This document shows, one piece after another, positions 50,320-62,911 of a stretch of 64,000 nt of DNA. Both the position numbers and the translations under genes were made by a program. Location of the stretch: NCBI GenBank assembly GCA_951406725.2, contig OX597838.1:32178001-32242000 (forward strand). Reading direction: 5' to 3'. How positions within the stretch are numbered: position 1 is the stretch's first letter; each line of letters starts with the position of its first letter. The notes beneath the pieces are model-generated. The model was not told the origin of the DNA. It worked only from the letters and a program-made list of their open reading frames with translations, and made no database searches. The stretch is from Octopus vulgaris. Taxonomy: Eukaryota.

Positions 50320-50839
50320 TTCATCTAAGGTGGGGGAGGATCTTAGCACTGGTTCAGTGGATCTATAACCCCGCCTGGTGAGGGCCGTGGAGTGTAGAAG
50401 ACATACATTTTTAAGAGAGAGAAAGAATTCAGAGAGTTAATATTTAGACGCCTGTTAAGTGTGGCAGGGCATTAAAAGAAATGTCCAACTCCAAGGATCG
50501 TGTCGTATAATGCAGACTAGACTAACATAATGATCAGCCGCAGCTGGTCTAAGGTTAATAGTAAAGGTAGAGGCCCCTTTTGGTCACGAATGACCATGGG
50601 ATTGCACTTAGAAAGTTCCCCTCTGAGGTACAAGTGTGGGCAAGGTTGTTTATGGAAGACCAGCAGTCGTCCATGCATACCAGCCTCCCCTCTCCAGACC
50701 ACCAATGTCGTTCAAAGGAAAAGCATAAGGGGCCGATACAGCTTGGCATCAGTGACCTCGCAATTCATTTCTACAGCTGAGTTAACTGGAGCAATGCGAA
50801 ATAAAGTGTCTTGCTCAAGAACACAATACACAACCTTGT

Positions 50840-52425
50840 TCGGGAATCCAGGTCTCACATTTGCTCTCCGTTTGGCAATTCTCTGCCCCTGCTATCTGCT
50901 CTTTTCTCCATTTCAAAGTGATCCCTGCACATTTTGAAATCCCAATTTCCATTCCTGTACAGTCTCAACTGGACTCTCTATTTCAGTCTCTGTCTTTGCA
51001 AACAGTTGTAAATTATCCATGAAGAGAAGCTGGTTGAGATGAGTTTCATTCTTCCTCAGCTCATCGTGCATGTTTTCCAATAATCTTTCAAGTGCTCAAG
51101 ACCCTTCTGATAATCTTTCCTATTCCTTAGAGGCAAACTTTCTGTAGAAGTTCTCCAGGACATTCCATTCTTATCTCCTTCATCCATTTCTCTATATCAT
51201 TATTCACAGTCTCTCAAGCACCAATTATTACAGGCCCTTATTTGCAGTTTCCATATTCCAAATTCTCACAATTTCAAATTTTAAGGGATTCATCATCATC
51301 GTTTAACGTCCGTTTTCCGTGCTAGCATGGGTTGGACGGTTCGACCGAGGTCTGGTAAGCCAGAAGGCTGCACCAGGCTCCAGTCCGATTTGGCAGTGTT
51401 TCCACAGCTGGATGCCCTTCCTAACGCCAAGCACTTCATGAGTGTAGTGTGTGTCTTTTACGTGCCACAGGCACAGGGGCCAGAGCAGACTGGCAAACGG
51501 CCACGATCGGTTGGTGCTTTTACATGTCACCGACACGGACGCCATTCCCAATTCTGTCATGTCTGTGAATATATTTTTTCGTAGCCAGGACTGGGCAACC
51601 AGAGACAATATGATTTATTGTTTCTTCCTCATCACCGCATATTCTGCAGTTACTTATTGCATTTTTCTTCATTACGTATTTCTGGTGACGAGGTTTTGAT
51701 CTTGGGCCGTAATTAAAATCCTTCAGTCCCTGCTTTGAGTCCTGAGCTTTATCAGCCATTGTTGGGGTTTTATTTTGTCTATTTCATTTCTGTTTAGCTT
51801 ATCCCAGTAAGGACTTTTCTTGCTATCCTTTTATTATGGTATTTTCTTGTTCCAGTTTCAGTTGTTTTACAGCTTTTGTTGTTTCTTCTTTTGCTTTTCA
51901 TAGTTGTCAGGTACTATGAACTTCTTTCCTCTATTTTTCAACTACCTTAAAGACAAAAAAAAAAAACCCCATTCTTTTTTGTTTTACTCGTGTTTTTGTG
52001 GTTATTTTGTACCAGTTTTCCTTGTTTCTGAATCAGATGCTTATGCAATCCTATGTTGGTTATTTTATGATAGTTTTCAAGTTGTATAAACCTCTACCAC
52101 CTTCAACGCATTGTATATATAATCTTTCTACATCATATTTTGGGTGGTGAGTACTAAATTTCATCATTATTTTTCTTGTTTTCCTGTTTAGTTTGGTTAA
52201 TTCATTTAGTGTCCAATTAAGAATGTTGTAACTAATTTATAATTTGGACAGCAAGAGTTATGATGCATATTATTTTGTTTTTTGCATTGAGCTCTGTTTT
52301 AAGTATTTGTGGCTTTGGTCTAATTCTCTTATTTCATTTGCTTTATCTAAAAATAAGAGAATTAGACCATACCAATACATACAAATACTTAGGAATCAAT
52401 GAACTAGATACAGTACAACACACAC

Positions 52426-52430
<5 letters not shown>
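50840..52430 (-). mobile_element. R4/Dong-clade non-LTR retrotransposon debris (RT, CCHC zinc knuckle and endonuclease fragments)
   Basis: HLNQLLFMDNLQLFAKTETEIE (~50980-51045), CRICGDEEETINHIVSGCPVLATKKYIHRHD (51560-51650), LKFEIVRIWNME..PVIIGA (~51215-51290), and an inverted piece YKYLGINE on the + strand (~52380). Fragmented and rearranged. Confidence 0.8.
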
Positions 52431-52456
<26 letters not shown>

Positions 52457-53013
52457 GAGTGAGAGAGCAGTGCAGGCAATCAAAGTGGCACTGGGGCAAA
52501 ATATATGAAGCCCAGTATACCCATTATGACTACACATCTGATAAGGGTACACCAGGCACATGCATCACAACCACATGTGCATGACATGGTGATCTCATAT
52601 CAAGATGTAAACAGCACATGACCTTGCAGGTGGGGCCCAGTTAGAATTTTCTTCAGGTTGAGTAGCCCATCCCGTTCAAATGGTCCTTGAATAAGGGTTG
52701 TTTAAGGATGTTGAAGGAAACACCCATGTTTCCAAAGGTGAATTATTCAAACCCCAAAGAATTCCTCTCAACATATGGCTATGATGCTCTCCCACTACTT
52801 CTGCTCATGATCAGAGATGCACATATCGTCAGCCACTAAGGGACATGCTCAACTGGTTAAGGTCAAACAATTGGCAAGCAAATCTGTGGTATTGAGCAGA
52901 ATATTTGCTGTAGCCCATCTTTTGTACCAAGACAAAACAATGTACATGATAACACTTCCAATCAGTTAAGATCAGAAGCCATGAGAGTCACTGCCTGGTA
53001 CTGCATCAGGTCA
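52457..53013. mobile_element. Interspersed repeat inserted in (ATT)n; partial copy at 14217-14420
   Basis: Near-identical GAGTGAGAGAGCAGT...GGGCCCAGTTAGAATTTTCTTC at both loci, each embedded in ATT repeats. Confidence 0.7.
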
Positions 53014-53227
53014 TTTATTATTATTATCCTCATCATCATTATTATTGTTATTATTATTATTGTTGTTGTTGTTATTAATATTATTTGTTTGGCATCTAAT
53101 TTGTATTTGTACAAGTTGATTCCAAGTCTCATCCAGAGACCTCAAGAGACAACGGCTCAGAAGTTCAAGTTGGTTTTATGACTAGGGTGCCATATTTTTG
53201 GTTTTTGCACAGAGTATTGTTCTAGAG

Positions 53228-53446
53228 CAGTGGTTTTCAACCAGGGTTCCGCGGAACCTTAGGGCTCCGCCAGTACAGTCCAGGGGTTCCGCAAGAAGTT
53301 ACAAAACTGCTAAAATTGGCAGTAATTTTTTATTCTCCTGTGCAGATATATGTGCATAAAACTATTAAATTATTGCACAGGGGTTCCTCGATCCAGTGGA
53401 ATGTTTCCTTGGGGTTCCACTCCAGTAAAAAGTTTGAAAAGCACTG
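53228..53446 (+). mobile_element. hAT MITE (same family)
   Basis: Same sequence; perfect TSD TTCTAGAG. Confidence 0.9.
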
Positions 53447-53489
53447 TTCTAGAGAATGTCTGTCAAACATAAGTAATTTAGAAGTTTGT

Positions 53490-54030
53490 TTATTATCATT
53501 ATTGTTATTATTATTATTGTTGTTGTTGTTGTTATTATATGAAGACTCACATCTTATTTGGCTGGGTGTGATGGAAAGTGTCAGCTGTCCATATCCAGCA
53601 GACTAAGGTGACACTTGTTTACTGGTCATGCTTCAAGAACCCTGCAAAGAATTCTTGCAGTTCCAAGCAATGCTGATTTTTGTAGGTGTTCTACCTTCAC
53701 ACTTGCACCAATCTTTTTTCAGCCATGTTGGTAGCTGAGTGCTGATACTTCCATGTACACCAATTACTATTGGTATCACGTCTACTCTCCTCATTGACCA
53801 CAACCTTCGTATCTCCCACTTCAAATCGTCATAGTTGTTCAGTTTTTCTTCGTCTTCTTTCTTTTTGATTCCGTTATTACCAGGAGATGCTATGTCGATT
53901 ACGACGCATGTTCTTCCTTTTTCATTCATCACAAAACTGTTCGGTTTCCAATGTCTAGTCAGGTGACCGCACCGAATCATTGACTCCCACAAGACTTTAC
54001 AATTTTAATTCTCAATGACTCCTTCCAGCC
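53490..54030 (-). mobile_element. 3' end of an R4/Dong-type LINE (restriction-like endonuclease domain) with (TAA/CAA)n tail
   Basis: ORF 53633..53992: CVVIDIASPG...EKLNNYDDLKWEIRRLWSMRRVDVIPIVIGVHG, then a frameshift to LQKSALLGTARIL. Ends in a TAA-type microsatellite. Confidence 0.85.
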
Positions 54031-54857
54031 CTTTCAAATGTAGTCACATATGATCGTCAGTCATATGTAGATCTCTATAGTCACAGCTGACATCACTCTG
54101 ACAGCGAGACCAAGACAAAGCTTTGCAGGCGCTGAGCCATGGCTTCACAGGAATTCATTGTTGCCTCAAGCAATAAACAGGTCGCAACAGAATAAGGGAG
54201 ACGAGGGAGGGAGGGAGGGAGGGAGGGGGTGGACGGGACAGAAAAGATAGTAGGGGAGGTAACTCTCAAAGGCAAGTCTCGCCCGATAAATATTTCAGAT
54301 TCGATGGGGGTCTGTGAACTGTATTCAAACACAGACACCTTTATATTTAAATCTAAATAAGAATCAGTTGAGGGTCAGACAAAATACCTTTCAGTATTTA
54401 ATTACGTTACTTTACACACAAATCCAGCTCCTCGTCTTTCTGAGGTCGATTAAAATATATAATTACCGGCCAAGTACTAAAGACCGAATAATCAACTAAT
54501 CCCCTCTTCCGCCGTAATTTGTGGCATTCAGCCGATGTAAGGAATCGATACTTAAATATATTTAATCAATGCACCAGGCCGGCGGTGAATTAGTGGAAAC
54601 GTTGTCGACAGATAAAACTTCCGGGAGATATTTCGGCACCTCTCATAAGTATTCGAATCCAGATTTTACTCAAATTAATTCCCCCCCCCCCACCTCCGAT
54701 GGTTGAGGGAATTAATTAAAAAATGGGGTTGGAAGCTTATGAACATCTCTTCCTGACTCTTAAAATGTTTGGATGTGTGTCAGAAATCAACACACACACA
54801 CACACACTTTTATCTGGTCATTAAAATATGCAAAAAGTCTAGTTTTCTTAATTGGAT

Positions 54858-54908
<51 letters not shown>

Positions 54909-55089
54909 TTCTTTACTACCCACAAGGGGTTAAACATACAGGGGACAAACAAGGACAGACAAAGGGATTAAGTCGATTACATCGACGCCAGTGCGTAAAT
55001 GGTGCTTAATTTATCGACCCCGAAAGGATGAAAGGCAAAGTCGACCTCAGCGGAATTTGAACTCATATATATATACGTGTGTCTATACG

Positions 55090-55150
<61 letters not shown>

Positions 55151-55447
55151 TTAATGTTGGGCATTAGGCGAGAGCTAGTTATGTCCAGTTTTGAAACCTC
55201 GCAGTAGTGCTCAAATGTATTTGAACTTAATCCGAATTCTTCACCCAGAATTAGGTCCACGGGTCAAGAGTGCCTTTAAAAGAAATCCAAGGTACGCTAA
55301 TATGGAGGTAATGATGTAGATAAACAAAATTAGGCTTGACACACATATATATATTTACATATAAACTCCGTTATTCCGGTTGTTATTTCTGTACCATAGG
55401 GAGTAAATTCAATAAACATCGCCTTTGCCAAAACAACCGATTCTTAC

Positions 55448-55593
55448 GTCTCTAGCTTCAGCCGTAAAATGAAGGCAGATGAGAAGCGATGTTCTTGTAA
55501 AGGAATCCGATCTTGTTTATAATGCGAATATTCTTCCAAGAATACAACAGTCGCACACGAGAAACTCCAGGCAAACACAAACATTGTTACCAT
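55448..55593 (-). CDS. Putative first exon of a 120-aa spliced ORF (MVTMFVFAWSFSCATVVFLEEYSHYKQDRIPLQEHRFSSAFILRLKLE, ends phase 2)
   Basis: ATG at 55593, donor AC|GTAAGA, non-repetitive CpG-rich context, phase matches the acceptor at 48834. No expression or homology evidence. Confidence 0.35.
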
Positions 55594-57358
55594 TCCTACA
55601 ATTCATAAAACCGCTCCGGGAAGGTGCCTGGTTCAAACCGCGTGCTGGCGGTCGCCGTTTTGTTATATATTACTTTTAAAAAAACATCGAATTGATGGAC
55701 AGGATTTAGAGCCGGGTTAAATGTCTTTGAGTATTTAATTCCATCCGCTTACAATTCGTTTTCGAAGTCTTTATTCCTCCTCCCTAAGGTTAGTGGACGA
55801 AGTCCCACTAGGTTTACTCAAATGCCACGTCTCTCTAGGGCAAACACGATTTTTCTTGAATGAAAAAACGAAAGAAACGATTATAAATGCAAACAAAATG
55901 AAATATAAATTGATATGTAGATAAATATAAGGGTTTATATAACTGGGAAGACGGAAACTGTGTAGAAGCCTGACGAGTAAGACTATACCTGTTGTCATAT
56001 GGTACCTTAGGTTCTTTAGCAGAATCCTACTCCATGGCAAGTATTTGGGCCTCGTTTCCTGTGGAGATAACTACCTTTTTTTTTTTTTTCAACTCCTATT
56101 CTGTCTCAAAACCCATCAAAAGGCTTAACGGGCGCTTCTCTCCGTCCTATCACTTAATCGTAAAAATTACAATATGTAATAATTAATGGAATAACAGAAT
56201 GGGTAGAACGACGGATAAAATGTGTTACCGCATTCCGTGTTGAACCTCTGCGTTCTCAGTTCGGTTCCTACCGAGATCGAATTTACCTTTTATCCTTCCG
56301 GGTTCGATAAAATAAACTCTCCGCGAAATATTGGATTCGATCCAGCCAACTCTCTCTCTCTCTCTCTCTCTCATACACACACTCGAACAAACAAATGTAT
56401 GACCCTGTGCCCCTTTTTTAGATTGATCTATTTTAAAGTGTGAGGTTTGGCAGACTCGAATCGGTGGAGCATCGTATTGTTGTTGACAAACATTATTTAG
56501 TTCTGTGTGTGTTAACCGAGGCAGACTCTGGCAAGTAAACCTGCCCCTAATTGATGCTAGTATCATTGATAGTGTGAGCGTTAATTAGGCAACTGTTTTA
56601 ATTAAAATCTGACGTTAATGAAGAAAACAGAATACACATGTAATCTTGTGTCGAAATTCTTTCATTCCTTGAAGATTACTTTTGTTTTAAAACAATTTAC
56701 CTTGGACACCATAGTGTATAGAGGGTAATTACGTCTATAATTACTCGAGATTCCTTAGAATGTGTGAGTTCACCAGCGCCACCACCACCACTACTACCAC
56801 CACCATCATTTAATGTCCATGTTCCTTACTGACATGAATTGGTCAGTTTGACAAGATCTGATAATCTAGAAGATTGCCTTGAGATGCAATGTCTGCTTTG
56901 GCATGATGTCAACAGCTTGATGTCCTTCCTAACACCAGCCACTGAATGTCTTTTTTTTTTCCTTCCTTCCTTTGTGTGATACTTACAGTAGAAACCATGC
57001 CGAAGTAGAGAAGGAATTCTCAGGCCTTACAGATCCTGCCAACCCATGCCGCCAACATGGAAAATAGACATTAAGTGGTGATGATGAGATATACATATGG
57101 TTCCAGGTTCAGTCCCACTCTATAGTTCGTTTTTTTTTTAATAGCACCAGGTCGACCAAAGCCTTGTAAGTGGATTTAGTAGAAAGAAACTGAAAGAAGC
57201 CTGTAGTATATATACATACATACACACACACACACAGACACACACACACAAACACAAGCACACACACACACACACACACACACATCATTCAAAAGAAAGT
57301 AAGAAAATGGAGATATAACATTTAATAAAAATTCATTATCTGCAAAAATCAAACATGG

Positions 57359-57446
57359 TCCCTTACAGCTTTTTCAATTAAGCCTAATTGACTAAATAGT
57401 AATTAATAAAATCATTATATTTGGCAAAATCTCTTCAGAAGAGTAG
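57359..57446 (-). mobile_element. Degenerate Penelope-type hammerhead motif
   Basis: Minus strand reads CTCTT-CTGAAGA-GATT...AATT-GAAA-AAGCT-GTA-AGGGA; the conserved C after GAAA is mutated. Confidence 0.5.
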
Positions 57447-57679
57447 AAAAAAGATATGCCATTAGGGTTTTAAGAGCTGTATTTTAGAATTCTCACAGCA
57501 GAATCATCTCTTAACAAGGTTAATTTAACCATGTGGTTGGTAAACAAGCTACTTACCACACAGCCATTCCTGCGCCTATATATATATTATCGTTAATGGC
57601 ATGAATTTGTTGTGGTTGTTTGGATGATAACAGAAGAAGCTTTAGTGAAGTTCTATATGCATATATATATATATATATA

Positions 57680-58106
57680 GGATCTTTTCGGTTTGAACGG
57701 CCGTTTTTAACATAATTTCTAGGTAACTAAAAAATTTAAAACTTCATATACTGGTAGAATGTGTTTATAAAACATCTTTTTCTCTTGCCTTTATTGAGAA
57801 AATTCTATAGTTTGTAAGATATTTGTTGTTTTTTTTCTTCAATTTCTGCAATTTCAACCAATCAGTGACGTCCATTGAGGTAAACAACATTCTGTGCCAT
57901 ATGAATATGTCCCTCGTTTAAGAAACAGATTGGATTTATTTACATTTGTGAAGAAAAAAAGATACCCTTCCCCCTAACCCTTACCCTAACTAAACCTAAC
58001 CCTAAAATAGATTGAAATGCAATAGATCGATACTAGGGTCATAATTATGGGTGACAATTTCATATGACACCGCTAGAAAAAACTGCCGTTCAAACTGAAA
58101 AGATCC
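57680..58106. mobile_element. Related Merlin-like MITE
   Basis: GGATCTTTTC..TTTGAACGG / CCGTTCAAA..GAAAAGATCC, flanked by TATATATA, with an internal degenerate (CCCTAA)n at 57971-58005. Confidence 0.78.
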
Positions 58107-58113
58107 TATATAT

Positions 58114-58150
<37 letters not shown>

Positions 58151-58628
58151 CTAAATTCTGCTTGTGAAGCCCTGTTGAGGCAAGTGAAATCGAAATCGAA
58201 ATCAAATTCGATGATTGGCATCTGTGCTAGTGGAGCGCTAAAAGCACCATCCGAGCGTGATCATTACCAGCATTGCCTTACTGGTGCTTGTGTCGGTGGC
58301 ACATGAAAAAATATTCGTGCGAGGTTGTTGCCAGTACCGCTCGACTGGCTCCTGTGCAGGTGGCATGTAAAAAGCACCATTTGAGCGTGGCCGTTGCCAG
58401 TACTGCCTGATTGGCCCTCATGCTGGTGGCACGTAAAAGCACCCACTACACTCTCGGAGTGATTAGCATTAGGAAGGGCATCCAGCAGTAGAAACTCTGC
58501 CAGATCAGATTGGAGTCTGATGCAGCCATCTGGTTCACCAGACCTCAGTCAAATCGTCCAACCCATGCCAGCATGGAAAGGAGACGTTAAACGATGATTA
58601 TGATGATATATATATATATATATATATA

Positions 58629-58950
58629 GGCGCAGGAGTGGCTGTGTGATAAGTAGCTTGCTTACAAACCACATGGTCCTGGGTTCACTCCCATGGCTTG
58701 GCACCTTGGGCAAGTGTCTTCTACTATAGCTTTGGGCTGACCAAAGCCTTGTGAATGGATTTGGTGGATGGAAACTGGAAGAAGGCCATCGTATATGTAT
58801 ATATATATATATATCTATATGTATGTGTGGGTATATGTTTGTGCGTATGTGTTTGTCCCCCACCACTGTTTGACAACTGGTTTTGGTTTGTGTGTGACCC
58901 TGTAACTTAGCAGCTTTGCAAAAGAGACCGACAGAATAAATACCAAGGTT
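58629..58950 (+). mobile_element. SINE family A
   Basis: Copy starting GGCGCAGGAGTGGCTGTG. Confidence 0.85.
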
Positions 58951-59024
58951 TAGCAAAAAAAAACGGTAATGAATGCGGAACAATCTGGTTGGGAAGCAGA
59001 CTTCTTACTACCCAGTCACACCTG

Positions 59025-59260
<236 letters not shown>

Positions 59261-59759
59261 TACACACCCACAAGTTAGGAATACAGACTGGATTATTAAG
59301 AACATCATTAATCCATATTTTACAGAAGATTAGTGGAGATTAATGAGTGAGATACGAGTCGAAGGGTGTCACTTTGATGGTAGTCGTGGTGGTGGTGGTG
59401 GTGGTGTGAGGCAATGATGTAACTGAAGACAAAGAAGGAAGCTGGATTGGAAAGAGGGGGGAGAAGAGGTGGCTGAGAAAGAGAGGAAAAGGAAGAGGAG
59501 GAGAAAATGACTGGCTAAAAAATCCTCCTCCCCTTCTCCCTCACACCACCCCTCATACTCCCCACCACTCAATTGTCGAATGGTGTCAATGGAACACCTT
59601 GACCTGTTTAATTCTGATGCTTGCAGTTTGAATAGAAGCCCGAGTTAATTAATGTAATTAGCAGTGCTTAATTGGCGTCTTCTGAAATTAAATGGCTCAT
59701 TGGGCAAAAGTGTTGGATCACACAAGGTTTGTGAGTTCAAATCTTGCTTTAGTTGCTAT

Positions 59760-59774
59760 AGTATGTGTGTGTGT

Positions 59775-59830
<56 letters not shown>

Positions 59831-59951
59831 ATGTATGTATGTATATATATATATATATATGTATATGTATATGTATATATATGTATATATATGTATGTAT
59901 ATATGTATATAAATGCATGTATTTATATATATATATGTATATATATATATG

Positions 59952-59982
<31 letters not shown>

Positions 59983-60269
59983 GTATGTATATATATATGT
60001 ATATATATATATGTATATATATATGTATGTATGTACATATATATGTGTATATATATATATGTATATATATATATATGTATGTATATGTATGTGTGTATGT
60101 GTATATATATATATATAAATATATGTATATGTATGTGTGTATGTATATATATATATATATGTATGTGTATATATATATGTATGTATGTATGTATATATAT
60201 ATATGTATGTGTATATATCTATATATGTATGTATGTATATCTATATATATGTATATATGTGTGTGTGTT

Positions 60270-60308
<39 letters not shown>

Positions 60309-60545
60309 GTATGTATGTATATATATATATATATATATGTGTATGTATATATATATATGTATATGTATGTATATATATATGTATATATATATGTATATAT
60401 ATATGTATATATATGTATATATATATGTATATATGTATGTATATATATATATGTATATATATGTATGTATGTATATGTATGTATGCATATATATAAGTAT
60501 GTATATATGTATGTATATATATATGTATGTATATATATATTTATT
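59760..60545. repeat. About 780-bp (TA)n/(TATG)n compound microsatellite
   Basis: Directly visible; source of the 309-aa and 259-aa Y/I/M/C ORFs. Confidence 0.97.
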
Positions 60546-60631
60546 TATATTCCTGAGCGCCATACTAATACAATTGTTTGTCTGTACTCCACCTGCCTTC
60601 GTCTTTTGTTTATTTTCATAAAACTTCCCGT

Positions 60632-60666
<35 letters not shown>

Positions 60667-60950
60667 GTATATATATATATATGTATACATAAGCAAATGA
60701 TTAATAAGAGACGGTGGATAAATGTCAGTATAGTTTAATATATACATATATATATCATCATCATCATTTATAGTCTGTTTTTCATGCAGTCATGGGTTGG
60801 ACAATTTAACTGGAGCTGGCAAGCCACAGAGCTACACCAGGCTCCAGCTGCCTGTTCTGGCATGGTTTCTAAGACTGGATGCCCTTCCTAATGCCAACCA
60901 CTTTATAGACTGTACTGGGTGCTTTTTATGTGGCACCAGCACAGTTACTG

Positions 60951-60994
<44 letters not shown>

Positions 60995-61634
60995 GGTGGT
61001 GGTTGAGGAACTATAAGAGATAAAGAAAAATTGCGAAGAACATCTTTTTTTTTTCTTGTTGTGTGTTTCTAATGGGATGAGTGAGGTGGAAATGGTAGGA
61101 TCATTAGACCACAAAACAAACCAACCTGTGGTATTTCTCTCGGCTCTCTGCACCATAAGTTCAAATCCTGCTGAGGTTAGCATAGCCTTTCAGATTTTCT
61201 GGGTCAGTGAAATAAAGAACCAGATCAGCGCAACTGATTGGCAGAATTGTTAAGGGATCAGCTGACATACCTTGTGGTATTAGCTCTGCCTTCTTCAGTG
61301 ACCAACTAAATCCACCACCACCGCCACCATCACCCCTTGAGCGGTCCCTCTATTTTAAGCATGTGGGTCAAGCTTCACATTTTGATGACAATTTCCTTCC
61401 ATTAATCTGGGCGAGCCTGAAAAATAAAAAAAAGGGTTCTCAATTAATACCCTTTCCTCCCTGAGTTAGAAGTAAAAAGAAATATAAAAATACTTTTGTA
61501 TAAAGAAAATATGCAGGAAAATATTTTCTCCATATATGGAAGTAATTGTGTGTGTGTGTGTGTATCTCTGTGTGTGTGTGTGTATCTGTGTGTGTGTGTG
61601 TGTATCTGTGTGTGTGTGTGTATGTATCTGTGTT

Positions 61635-61969
61635 TAGTTGAGCAAATCAGCCCTGAGACTTATTCTTTGTAAGCCCAGTACTTATTCTATCGGTCTCTTT
61701 TTGCCGAACCGCTAAGTGACGGGGACGTAAACACACCAGCATCGGTTGTCAAGCAATGCTAGGGGGACAAACACAGACACACACATACATATATATATAC
61801 ATATATATGACAGGCTTCTTTCAGTTTCCGTCTACCAAATCCACTCACAAGGCATTGGTCGGCCCGAGGCTATAGCAGAAGACACTTGCCCAAGATGCCA
61901 CGCAGTGGGACTGAACCCGGAACCATGTGGTTGGTTAGCAAGCTACTTACCACACAGTCACTCCTGCGC
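61635..61969 (-). mobile_element. SINE family A
   Basis: Reverse-complement copy. Confidence 0.88.
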
Positions 61970-62363
61970 CTGTGTGTGTGTGTGTGAAATATGGTTAAAT
62001 ATATATATAAAAACTGAGAATAGTCGTAAGTTGTGTGTGTATGTATTTGTGAATAGGTTTGTATTGTATGTGTATGTGAGAATAGATTATGTATTGTTGT
62101 GTGGTGAGTATTGTATGTCTGTGTGCATGTTTATTGGATTAGGTTATGTTAGTGTGCATGCATGCGTGTGTGTGTGTATATACAGGTGGCATATATTTCT
62201 TACATATAGGTTGATAATGTGCCAAACTTCCTTTGATCTCCAGTCAAAAGCTGATAGAAAAGAATGGTCTCCTTGGGGTTTGCTTGCCTTCTGCATTTTA
62301 CCTGTTTGCTTAATTATCTCTCTCTCTCTCTCTCTCTTTCTCTTATATATAAATATAATTATA

Positions 62364-62415
<52 letters not shown>

Positions 62416-62681
62416 ACATATATATTATAAATATATACCTTTGCCCATATAATACAGTAAATGAATTGATTGCATCGCAATCCTTAACATTTACGTATTA
62501 ACTTTGTTGGGTACTTCACTAGCAGTATATTGGATATATGTTATCCCATGGAGGGTTGCATTTACAACCCCTATCTCAATTTGTATATATAAATATAAAT
62601 ATATATATATACACACACACATATATATATAAATAAATGTATCTATATATGTGTGTGTGTGTGTGTGTATATATATATACA

Positions 62682-62740
62682 CACTGGTTGTTGTGGCTAT
62701 GGTGTAATGGTGTCTGGTCTTTTAGTTCAACAAAGAACTA

Positions 62741-62772
<32 letters not shown>

Positions 62773-62799
62773 CATGCACAGACACACATATAAATATAA

Positions 62800-62852
<53 letters not shown>

Positions 62853-62911
62853 TAGTTCTTTGTTGAACTAAAAGACCAGACACCATTACACCATAGCCAC
62901 AACAACCAGTG
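62682..62911. repeat. Perfect inverted duplication (~69 bp plus (TA)n arms)
   Basis: CACTGGTTGTTGTGG...AAGAACTATGTGTGTGTG is mirrored on the other side of a TA-rich centre. Confidence 0.93.

Noticed and set aside
49890-50349. Three overlapping F/L/P-rich ORFs
   Set aside because: Products of the stop-free 13-bp minisatellite.
59692-60692. 309-aa and 259-aa ORFs
   Set aside because: Translations of a (TA)n/(TATG)n microsatellite.
61746-62501. 251-aa ORF
   Set aside because: Runs through an antisense SINE and TG/TA repeats; no domain or splice support.
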